Assembly (NCBI GenBank): GCA_965287045.1
Contig: OZ336895.1
Location: forward strand, 13,082,001 to 13,146,000
Source of the DNA: Carcharhinus amblyrhynchos
Taxonomy: Eukaryota
Direction: 5' to 3'
Length of the DNA: 64,000 nt
Positions 12,370 through 24,300 of the stretch are shown in pieces. Position numbers and translations under genes: made by a program. Position 1 is the stretch's first letter; each line of letters begins with the position of its first letter. Under the pieces are notes generated by a model that searched no databases, was not told the origin of the DNA, and worked only from the letters and a program-made list of their open reading frames with translations.

Positions 12370-15300
12370 GTAAGACGTGGTCATTAGTCCCTGAGAGATT
12401 CCACACTGGCTCACCTGATGAAGGGGCAGCGCTCTGAAAGCTAGTGGCATTTGCTACCAAATAAATCTGTTGGACTTTAACCTGGTGTTGTGAGACTTCT
12501 CAGTGTGCCACTCCCTATGTCAGTGTTACCAGTAAATCTGGTCCATTATTGGATGGATTGCTTGTCAAGGTTTCTCCTCAGAAGGTGCATCATGAGGATC
12601 CCACAGTGCTTTCACTTCAAATATCCTGTAAATGCTGGAAGATCATCTACCCCAGTGAGAGTCAGTGTGTGCGTGTGGGACCCGTACCCCAGTGAGAGTC
12701 AGCGTGTGCGTGTGTGGGACTTGGATTCCTATAGCATGATGCTCTTAACCAATTAAATGTCCAGTATTTTTATTTAGCAATTTATTTTCCCAGGATTTAA
12801 ATGTTGCTGTCTTCTTGCAGAGCACTGATTGAGGAATCTTACTCAAAATCCATGTCCAAGTTGGCCAAGATGGTGACCAACAGCTCACTGGGGTAAGTTC
12901 CATGTTGACAATGCCAGTTTCTCTGTCTAATATAGGGTAAGACAGAAGCCTTATCTCAGGCACATAGGCTGAGGACTCAGTGTTGTATTTACTTGGCCTC
13001 TCCCTTTCCCAGATGTGTAAAACTCTCAGACAGACTGGCTGCTGGTCACATTAACTTATCAGGTTCTCCCACCTTTTGTTTTCCAGACCTTTTTGTCTCC
13101 TACACTCCAAAGAACAAAGTCCTAGGCTGTCCAAACTCTCCCTATAACTCAGTCCCTTGAGCGCTGGCAGCTTCCTTGTAAATCTCTTCTGCACACTCTC
13201 CAGTTTAATGACATCTTTCTAATAGCAAGGCGTGAACTAGAAAGGCGACCAAAACTGAACACAATACTCTGGGTGTGGCCTCACCAATGTCCTGTACAAG
13301 TGCGACATAACTTCCCGACTTCTATACTTAGTGCCCTGACTGATGAAGGCCAAAAGCCGCCTTCACCGCCCTATCATCCTGTGACTCTACCTTTAGAGAT
13401 TGATTCAGAGATGAGAGTGTCGCTGGGGCAGCATTTGTTGCCTGTCCCTAATTCCCTTTGAGTCAGTGGCTTCTACAGATGTTTCATTTTTGATAGTCAC
13501 ATATAGGCCAGACTGGGTAAGGACAGTAGATTTCCTTCCCTAAAGGACACTCGTGAACCAGATGGGTTTTTACAACAATCGACAATAGTTTTGTGGTCCC
13601 CATTAAACTTTTAATTCAGAGTAGCAGAAGTTCAAATTTCACTATCTGCCTTGGTGGGATTTGAACCCATGTCCCAGGTAGGTACCCTGGATCTCTGGAT
13701 TAGGTCTTGTGACAATGCTACAACACCACTGCTTCCAAGTGAGTTGTCTGTGGATTCATTCAACTGGAAACTGAGTTGTGTGTGGCTGTAGCGCTGTGGT
13801 CAGCATGTGAACTGAGTGCCATGGCTTAAGCACCGTGGCTTGACTGCTGTGGGTCCGTGTGTGGACCATGGGTCAGCGCCGCAGGTCAGTGCCCTGAATC
13901 GTGGCAACGTTAAGGCAGGACGTGTTTCCGAACTGTTGAATTTAGATTCTAGCTGCAGCCAATCAGATGCAGAAGTTTAACAGCACAACTCTTTTTCAGG
14001 ACCTTTGCTCCGATGTGGGAGGTGTTCCGGAGCTCCGCGGATAAATTGGCACTTTGTCATTTTGAGCTGGTGAAGAAACTCCATGATTTGATCAAAGAAA
14101 TAAATCGCTTCAATGAGGAACAAATCAAAATGCATCGCAAGGTAACTGTCTGTGTCTGTGTCTGTGTCCTATTGGGAATTATGAATGATGTGCCTGCAGT
14201 TTGTCCCTTGGGGATATTTTGTATAAATCGGTTGGAATGTGACCCATTAAATATCTTCTTTTTTTTTTGTGTCTCTCTCTCCTGTCGTGCCCAGACAAAG
14301 GAAGAGGTGTCGGGCACTCTGGAAGCTGTCCAGAATGTACAATCCAGCGTCCAACTCCTGCAGAAATGCAAAGACAATTATCACGGCAAGTGGCAGGAGT
14401 GGGACAGGCTGAAAAAGGATGGAGCTTCTCAGAAAGAGATCGATAAGGTAACTGACGAGGATCCCCAGCATTTCAATGGTTAACGTATCTGACTTCCTCA
14501 GGCATTGGCTCTCACTGGGGCAGGGTTAAACTGAGGCCTGGTTCGCAGATGAGCTACAAAAAACAAAGTGCTGGAAAATCTCACCAGGTCTGACAGCATC
14601 TGTGGGGAGAGAACAGAGCCAACAATTCGAGTCTAGATGACCCAATGTCAGAGCTCTATTCTCTCCCCACAGACGCTGTCAGACCTGCTGTGATTTTCCA
14701 GCACGTTCTGTTTTTGTTTCAGATTCCCGCATCCGCAGTATTTTGCTCTTTATTTTATTGTAGAGGAGCTAACTTTATCCAGGCCAGTGAATGCTCCGAT
14801 TCTCACCTCCGGGATGGTGCATCTTTCCTTTGCTGTCTTGCTGCCATCACTGATTAATCCTACCCCTTACTCACAGGCTGAACTCAAATCGAAGAAAGCG
14901 GCAGAGAGTTACAAGGCCAGCATCGAGAAATATCGCGGCGCTCGTTCGGACTATCAACACAAGATGGCAGAGGCTGCACAGGTTGGAGTGAATGACACCA
15001 AATTTGTTGGTGGGGGGGGGGGGGGAGTGGAGAGGTGCGAGGGGTGATCATTAGACAGACAGGAGACCTGTAACAAAATCCAAGGAGGGCATTAATGAAT
15101 TTGCAGAAGGGGCAACTTATTGATAAATTAATTTCAACACCGATAAATGTGAGGTGGTACATTTTGTTCAGAAAAATAGCACGGTCACTTATTACTTGAA
15201 AAGTGAGTGATTGGGGTAAGGGTGGAGAAACAAAGGGATCGCTCAATACAAATACATCAGTTACAAAAGGTTAGCAATGTCACTAGAACACAGAGCAAAC

Positions 15301-18300
15301 CAAGCACAAGGCTTCATTTCCAGAGGGATAGAGCTGGAAAGTTGGGAAGTGATCGTAAACCTGTTAGACACAGAATACTAATCAATGTGCACTTGTTGTC
15401 ATAGATTCATGGACTCCTACAGCACAGAAGAAGGCCATTCAGCCCATCGAGTCTGCACTGACTACAGTCCCACCCAAGCCATATCCCCTTAATCCCGTGC
15501 ATTTACCCTAGCCGCTCCCCCTGACACTAAGGGGCAATTTAACATGGCCAATCCACCTAACCTGCGCAACTCTGGACTGTGGGAGGAAACCGGAGCACCC
15601 GGAGGAAACCCACATACACACAGGGAGAACGTGCAGACTCCACACAAACAGTAACCCAAGCTGGGAATTGAACCCAGGTCCCTGGCACTCTGAGGCAGCA
15701 ATGGTTGCCACCGAGCCGTCCCACTTCTGGTTGTGATATTATAAAAAGGACATTGAGGGACTGGGAGAGGGTGCAGAGATTTACGAGGATGATATCAGAA
15801 ATGCCTGGGTTTCCATATCGGGAAAGGATTGGCAGGTTGTGTCTCTTTTTGGAAAGAAGAGGCTGGGGAGTGAGCAGTAGAGCTCACTAAAATTCTGAAT
15901 AGTTTTGATGGAGTAAACACAGAGAGAATGTTTCCTCATGTGGAGAAGAGCAGAACTTGAGACCATCAATATAAAATAGTCACCAAGAAATCCAGTCGGA
16001 AATTCAGGGGAATCTTCTTTACCCAAAGAGTGAAGAGAATGTGGAAGTTGCTCCAGTGTCGAAGGAACCAGTCACTTAGATTGGGATCACACTCTCTAAC
16101 CATGCAGATGCAGGAAATTTGGCTGAACGTTGAAAATATACAGATCGAAATGTAATTTTACTTTGGGTGTGGAGTGAGATGGATTTGGGAAAAACAGTAA
16201 TGGCTTGAGCCTCCAGGGATGAAACAAAGTTTGGAAAATGCAGAAGAAAATTAACTGACTTCAGTGAGAGAGGAAAACACCTGGGGGAGAGGACCCTGGC
16301 AGAACGAGGCTTGGCGTGCAAAGCCCTGCACTTGGTCCTGAAAGGATTATCCAGGATCTGGACAGGGTGGCACAGTGGTTAGCACTGCTGCCTCATAGCA
16401 CCAGGGACCTGGGTTCGATTCCAGCCTTGGATCACTGGAGTTTGCACATTCTCCCCATGTCTGTGTGGGTTTCCTCCAGGTGCTCCAGTTTCCTCCCACA
16501 GCCCAAAGACGTGTGGGTTAGGTGGATTAGCCATCGTAAATTGTCCTTTTTAGTGGATTAGCCATGGGGAATGCGTGGGGCTGTGGAGTAAAGGTCCTGG
16601 GAGTCGATGTAGATTTGATGGGCTGAATGGTCTCCTTCTGCACTGTAAGGATTCTGTGATTCTGATTCTCTAGAACTATTCCTAATCCTCGTTTTGGTTG
16701 CTCCAAAATTTCAATCACCTGATCTGTGACTCTGCAGAAATTCCAGCAAGTTGAAGAGATTCACCTGAGACACATGAAGGGGTTAATCAAGTCGTACTCC
16801 CACTCCATTGAAGATACGCATGTCCAAGTGGGCCAGGTGGGTGCTCGGTGCTGCTGAGACTGAGCTAGAATTTACAAGTGTGAGGAAATGTTATTGAGAA
16901 TAAAAGTTGGAACTAGAACAAAGAAAATTACAGCACAGGAACAGGCCCTTCGGCCCTCCAAGCCTGCACTGACCATGCTGCCCAACTGAACTAAAACCCC
17001 CTACACTTGTGGGGATCATATCCCTCTATTCCCATCCTATTCATGTATTTGTTAAGATGCCCCTTAAAAGTCACTACCATATCCACTTCTACTACCTCCC
17101 CCAGCAACGAGTTCCAGGCACCCACCACCTTCTGTGTTTAAAACAAAAACTTGCCTCGTATATCTCCTTTAAACCTTGCCTCTTGCACCTTTAAACCTGT
17201 GCCCCCTTAGTAATTGACTCTTCCACCCTGGAAAAAAGTTTCTGACTACCCACTCTGTCCGTGCCTCTCATAATCTTATAGACTTCTATCAGGTCACCCC
17301 TCAACCTCCATCATTCCAGTGAAGACAAACCAAGCTTCTCCAACCTCTCCTCACAGCTAATGCTCTCCATACCAGGCAACATCCTGCTGAATCTTTTCTG
17401 TACCCTCTCCAAAGCTTCCACATGCTTCTAGCAGTGTGGCAACCAGAATTGAACACTATATTCCAAGTGTGGCCTAACTAAGGTTCTATAAAGCTGCAAC
17501 GCGACTTGACAACTTTTAAACTCGATGCCCTCGATTGTTAGAAGGAAAGTTTGCGCCTAATAGAGTTTGGAAGATTAAAGAATGATCTGACTGAAGGTGG
17601 ATCGAGAGAAACTGTTTCCTCTGTCTGGGGTGTGGGTGGGGGAGGGAGAGAGAGAGAGAGAAACCAGAACAAGGAGATGAGAACAAGCCTGTTCAATGAT
17701 GATAACAGGAAGCATTTTTTAAACAACACTGTCTTTGAAATGTGGAACTCTCCTGCTGCCCCCACCCCGCCCAAGCTGCTTGAGGCTGGGGTTCCATTGA
17801 AAATGTCAATGTTGATATTGTTAGATTTGTGTTGAGTAAGGGGACTATGGGTTACAAAACCAAACCAGTTGGATGGGGTTAAGGTACAGATCAGCCGTGA
17901 TCTAATTGAATGATGGAGAGGTTTGTGGGGCTGAATGGCCTCCTGATCCTAATCTTCAACTGCATGGCCACTATCTCCTCTTCCCATTCACACTTGTTTT
18001 AGGAAAATCCAGAGAAACGAGTAAATTTATAAAGGAGAATGAATGTGGACTCAGGGGATGCAGTGAAAGGAACACAGACTCTGGTAGAGGTGATGTGCAA
18101 TTTGATATTATAAATGGAAGTTTGGGGTATTTGATGGGAGAGTTAGGCTAAGAGGTAGTGAGCCACGGGAACATCCACAGTGCTGTTGGGGAGGAAGTTC
18201 CAGGATCGATCCAGAACAGTGAAGGAACAGTCGAAATATTTTCAAATCGGGGTGCCGAGTGAGTTGGAGGGAAACCTCCAGCTGGCGGTGTCTCCATATA

Positions 18301-21300
18301 TTTGCTGCCCTGGTGCTCCTAGATGGTAGAGGTCACTGGCTTGGAAGGTGCTGCCGAAGGAACCTTGGTGAGTTCCTGATGTGTTCTTTCTTTATTCAGG
18401 TTCATGAAGAGTTCAAACAAAACGTGGAGAATATTCGTGTGCAAGATCTGATCCAGAGATACGCTCTGACCAAAGGGACTGGCAAAGAGAAGCCAGGTAA
18501 TGGGAGTATATTCCCAGAGGAGAGGTGGGTGATGGGGTGTGTGTTCCCTCTCTGGAGGGAGGGTAAGTTCTCTCTGCCTCGGAGGGTGTAGTAAGTGAGG
18601 TGAATAAGTGTTGGAGTGAGAGTCTGGCTTCAGTCTGACTCCTGCCTCTGTGCTCTCATTTCCAGGAGCCATCGAGTTTGAGGAATGTAGCCCTGAGCTG
18701 GTGTTGGAAGGTGAGCTGCTTCTTGCTGTGTTGCTGTTCTCGGGATGCCGACAGTCTGGGTCCATTTCCACTGCCAGGGACCGAGCTACACACAAGGATG
18801 CTGTGCTGTATCACAGCTCACTGTCACCGAGGCATAGAAACAAAGAACGTTGGAGCTGGAGTAGGCCTTTCAAGCCTGCTGCACCATTCAGTATGACCAT
18901 GGCTGATCCTTTATCTCAATGCCATACACCTGTCCTCTCCCCCGTAGCCCCGACACCTTTAAAGTCTAGAAATCTATCTACTTCCTTCTGAAATATATTT
19001 TTGACCTCCGCAGCTTTCTGCGTTAAAGAATTCCATAGGTTCACCACCCTCTGAGTGAAGATGTTCCTCCTCATCTCTATCACAAATAGCCTATCCCATG
19101 TTCTGAGACTGTGACACCTCATTCTGGACCCTCCAGCCAGAGGAACCAATGTCCCTGCATCCAGTCTGCCCAGTACTCAGAATTTTACACATTTCAATTA
19201 GATCCCCTCTTATTCTTTGAAATTTCAATGAATACAGGCCCAGTCGCCCCAGTCTTTCCTCATGGTGAACCTTTGTTACACTCCCTCTCTGGCCAGTGTA
19301 TCCTTTCTTGGATAAGGAGACCAAAACTGCACACGATACTCCAGGTGTGGTCTCCCCAAGGCCCTGTACACCTGCAGTAAGACATCCTTGCTTCTGTACT
19401 CGAGTCCTTTTGTGATGAAGGCCAACATACCATCTGCCTTCCTAACTGCTTGCTGTCAGTGACTGGTGTAGAAGGACACCCAGGCCTCTTTGTACATCAA
19501 CATTTCCCAATCTGCCATTCTGTCTCTCCATCCAAAGTGCGTGACCTCACATTTATCCACATTATGCTGTATCTGCTATTTACTCAATCTGTCTAAATCA
19601 GCTCGAAGGCTCTTAACATCCACCTCACCACTCAATTCCCAATGAGTTTTGTGTTGTCAGCAAACTTGGAAATATTAGACTTGGTTCCCTCAGCCAAATC
19701 ATTGATTTATATTGTAAATAGTTACAGCCCAATCACTGATCCCTGCGGGATCCCACTAGTCACTTTGAAAAAGGCCCATTTATTCCTACTCTCTGTTTCC
19801 TGTCTGTTAAATAGTTCTCAGTCCATGCCAATATCTTAATCCTTTTTGCACACTAACCTCTTATGTGGGACTTCTTCAATACCTGGAGTATGTTAACAAT
19901 ACTTTTATCTTTTCATAGAATCACAGATTGATACAGTGCAGAAGAGGCCCTTCAGCCCATCGAGTTTGCACTGATCTCCCTCTCTGCTCCACTCCCTCTC
20001 TCAAGCACTGCTTTTCACTGGAGAACAGAATCCCATGGACAGGCCTCTGCATGTTGAATATTAGCTGAATATTTAATCACAGGGGATTCACTTGGCCTGT
20101 CAGCAACCCTCCAGACCTCCCACTCCCTCTCCCTCTTCCCCTCCCACAGTTCCAGCAGCTGTTGGCAAGTGACCTGGACCAGGAATTCTCAGGAGATATA
20201 TCAGCGATTTGTACCTCAGTCTCCCTAACCCAGGGAGCTGGAACCGTTTCAGCCTTTGTTTCCCTGCTGCAGTTATCAGCAGAGGCTGACAATGAACTGA
20301 CCTCCGAGCTGGTCTGTGAGGCAGGGCCACACAGTCATGGGGTGAAGTGGGAGTTTGAATACCGTTTAACTGTGATGTGAGGCAGAACTTTGGGGCAGCT
20401 GATTGTGAGATTATCAAGGATCCAGAGCGCACAGTGGTTAGCACTGCTGCCTCACAGTGCCAGGGACCCTGGTTCAATTCCAACCTTTGGTCATTGTCTG
20501 TGTGGAGTTTACACATTCTGCATGGGTTTCCTCCCACAGGCCAAAGATGGGCGATTTAAGGTGGATTGGCCATCCTAAATTGCCCCTTGGTGTCAGGGGG
20601 ATTAGCAGGGTAAATATGCGCGGTTGCAGGAAGAGGATCTGGGTGGGATTGTGGTTGGTGCAGAGTCTATGGGCCTCCTGCACTGTAGGGATTCTATGAT
20701 TCTGCTCAGTCTGAAAGTTGCGTATGAAGAATTATGACTTCCCCCCTCTTGTGAAACAGCTCCAAAGAAAAGCAAAAGGAAATCATTTGTGATCCCGGGA
20801 CTCAGCAAGCGGGAAAAGGATTCTGATTCCACGTGAGTTCCCTGTTGGTGTCATTTTGTTCAGTATCGATGGCTGGGAGTCTGGGACACTGGGCCCTGCA
20901 GTTAATAATAAAACTCCAAGTGAGGACAGGCCACTCGGCCCATCGGCCTCATTCTATCCAGGGACTGACCTGCTCGCATCTCACTTGTAATTTTCATTTG
21001 CACCCTCATGCGTTCCTGATTAAAAATCAATCTAAATGTTAATATCTCGAATATCTCAATTTCCATCCTATTCTAAAAGGAATTTTGCTCTGCTTCCTTC
21101 TTCACCTTGAGCTTGGAGAGAAGTGCGAGAGTACAATGTGAGATGGATGCAGTTGGTTTTTGTGACAGGAGAGTTATAGGACAAGGAGGGGTAGCTCCTT
21201 TAATCTTCCAATTATACTTCATTAGTATCCCAGTCCCACTCAGGAGATCCATAGAAGCACTATCAGAATTAGCTTGCTCTATGCTCAAAGACAGCTCCTC

Positions 21301-24300
21301 CTACAGCCCATGTAGTATCTATCCTACCACAAACTCTCTTCACCCATTTCATCATCTCTGACAGTTAGATCCTAATCTGTATCTCAGCAAACTTTGCTTC
21401 GTATACTTTCATCAGTTTTTGTTGGGTGACAGATATCAATCTGGAGCGTCAAAGTTCCTATTGACCCTCAATGTTGACAGTCTTTTCATGGAGAGATCCA
21501 GATTTCCATTTCCCTGAATCAATTCTTCACTCAAAGCCTTTTCTGCCTTATTCTGGATTCCTCCTTTAGAGGAAAAGGTTTCTCTGTTCCCTGTCAAATC
21601 CACCAGATAGTGAGTCAATTATGTATTTGTGACCAGACAGGTAAAGGCCACTGGGTAGGGGGTAGGGGGTGGGGAAGGGGGTTGGGCGAAGAGGCTGTGT
21701 AAACTGGGGAGCATGAGGTGATGATGCATGGGCAGTGGGGGAGGGGTGTGGGAGATCATGAGGAGATAGAGGAAAGTTGGGAGCATTTGTGGTGCCATTT
21801 GACTGAGTGTTGATATAATTAGTAACTCTCGTATTTTCTGCTGTTTCAGGGGCTCCCCAGATGCTGACTCCATTGTGAGTATAGACACACTCTCCACTAA
21901 CACAGTGTGACACTCTCCTCATTTTGCTCCCATCTCCCTTTGTAAAATTGGGTTTAGTTAACTATGTTGCCATTGCATGTCAATGTGTAACAGCAACCAT
22001 TGGGTAGTGAGCTCCATCATTTCTGTGCCATCGTTGAAGGTTGGAGATGCTGGCTCTGGTATCTTATTCAAGTGGCTATTCTTCCTATTAGAGTCTAAGT
22101 ATTAAGAATTATTGTGATATTCAGCTGCCATGATTTACCAAAGCCGTTATTTATGTCAGTTACTGCTGTAGCCTCTCCCACTACTGAGTTCCATCATTGC
22201 CTCTGGTCTCTTGTTTAGAGTACTGATCAGAAACCCCAAAGTATATTTTGAAGCCCGACAAGACAGCTTTCCTACTTTGGCGTTAGTGTGAGGATAAGAT
22301 GTTTCACTCCAATGTGATTCTACTGACACACTAGCAAGCTTTTGTCAAAACAAACTTGATTTAACAATACAGTTTAACTATAACAAATGAATTAGCTTAA
22401 TGTGTACCAATTAAAATACTTGAAACGTGACAAGATACAATTCTTAACTGCTAACCTGTCTCTATTAGTTCCAATCAAGCAATATTCCTCTTATAGACTT
22501 ATACTCTTCAAAATCAGTTAGCAACACAAAGCTTATGTGCTGGTATATGGGCTACCGGTCCTTGAGCTCCCTCTGGGGAGAGACCTATTTCTCTTAGCAG
22601 ATCTCAAACAGCAGCCTCCAAGGAGAGTGTGTCTTGGTCCTCTTGGAACTCAGCAGTAACTGCCTGCTTTTCCCTGTAAGCTTAGCTCTTCCCCTTAAGC
22701 ACATGACTCTGTCAATCAACCTAATCAAAACCTTGCTCCTAAATCCCCAGGGGAAAACCCAAACTGAAAAATGCATGAATTCAAATTAAAACAAACACAT
22801 CCCTATCATTAGCCTGCATTCTCAGCATGTGAGCTGCCTGTTGCCCAGACAAATTGGCACCATGTAAAACAGAGTTGAGTTTTAAACATATCCTTTACAA
22901 GAAACCATGATATAGATATCCTTCCTTTAAGAAATATATTATCACACTTGGTTAATGTTGCAGATTTTAATACCATGATGTACAAAGATGTGTGAGATTA
23001 AGTGGATTGACAATGCTAAAATTGCCCCTTAGCTGACACTAGGGTAAATACATGGGGTTACAGAGGATAGGGCCTGGGTGGGATTCTGGTCAGTGTATAC
23101 ACGATGGGCCAAATGGCCGCTTCCTGCATTGTAGGATTCTATGATGATTGTTTAATTGTCAGGGAAGAGGTTTCAGTACCTGTAGTTTGTGCAAGGGCTT
23201 CACATGTTACTTTAGGCCCAACAGTGCAGGATACGGCCTGGTTTAGATACCAGACCGGGAAGTTTGAGTAACGGGATCAGACTCACGTTTGCAACTGTTT
23301 CTAAAGGTGTTCTGTTTTCCAGAATTCTCCTGAAGTGGATGAAGAAGGTTATAGCATCAGGCCTGACATTGTCCAGAATGATATCCTTGCCTCTGTCTGT
23401 CCTTCCCAAGTGAACGATTCCATTGTGCTCCGGTGTTCCGAGGGGCCCGCTTTCCTGATCTCCAGCTGGCTTCAGAGACGGGAAGGGGAAGTTTCTCCCA
23501 TAGGGTCTCTATCTGAAGATTGTAACCAGTATCAATACCTACTGCCTGAGGAATGGAGTATAAAATGCAATATAGGAAAGGCAGCAGCCAATTTATGCAC
23601 AACAAGATCCCACAAGAAAAGATTTAAATAATCAGGGAATATTTTAGCATGAACTGAGGGATAGATATTGATCTGAGGACAGGAGAGCGAACTCTTTGAA
23701 ATGGTGTCATGGGATTGTTTACACCCTGAGAGGATGGACAAGGCCTCAATTTAATCTTTCATCTCAAAGATGGCACCTCTGGCAGTGCAGGGCGTCCTCA
23801 GTACTGCACTGGAATGTTAGTCTAGATTTGGATGTCTTGAGTGGGGCTTGAACCTACAAACATCTGTCAATTAAGCTGAAGCTTAAAGCATGAGGTAAAC
23901 TTTGCACACCTTGGACAAGCAGGATATTATTTAATAACCAGTCAAATTCTCTGGTAGCCAGGAGATAACTTGGTGGCAAAATACCAGTGTGAGGGAGGAT
24001 GGCCTGTCCAATGGAGTGTAGTCATCTGAATGGTGCTACATGGGCCAATGACAGCAAGGCTGCACTACCAACACTTCCAACTCCAAAACGATCCCTGGGC
24101 TGGACTTTATGGGGCGCCATCGTCCACCCCTGACCCCAGATAAAGAGTTGGTGAGGAACCCACTGAGGAGAAAGTGGCTGTCCTGCTCAACGTGGTCAAT
24201 TGGCCATTAATAGGCTGAGGGGGGCAGGATTTCCACCCCTCACAGACGTGAGGGTCAGCAACCAATGATAAAATAGTGGCTGCGGCAGGATGAGGTCCTG

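Noticed and set aside
14620-14652. Active hammerhead on the minus strand
   Set aside because: The core is mutated (CUGACAU and GAAU instead of CUGANGA and GAAA); the ~52155-52185 copy is also decayed.
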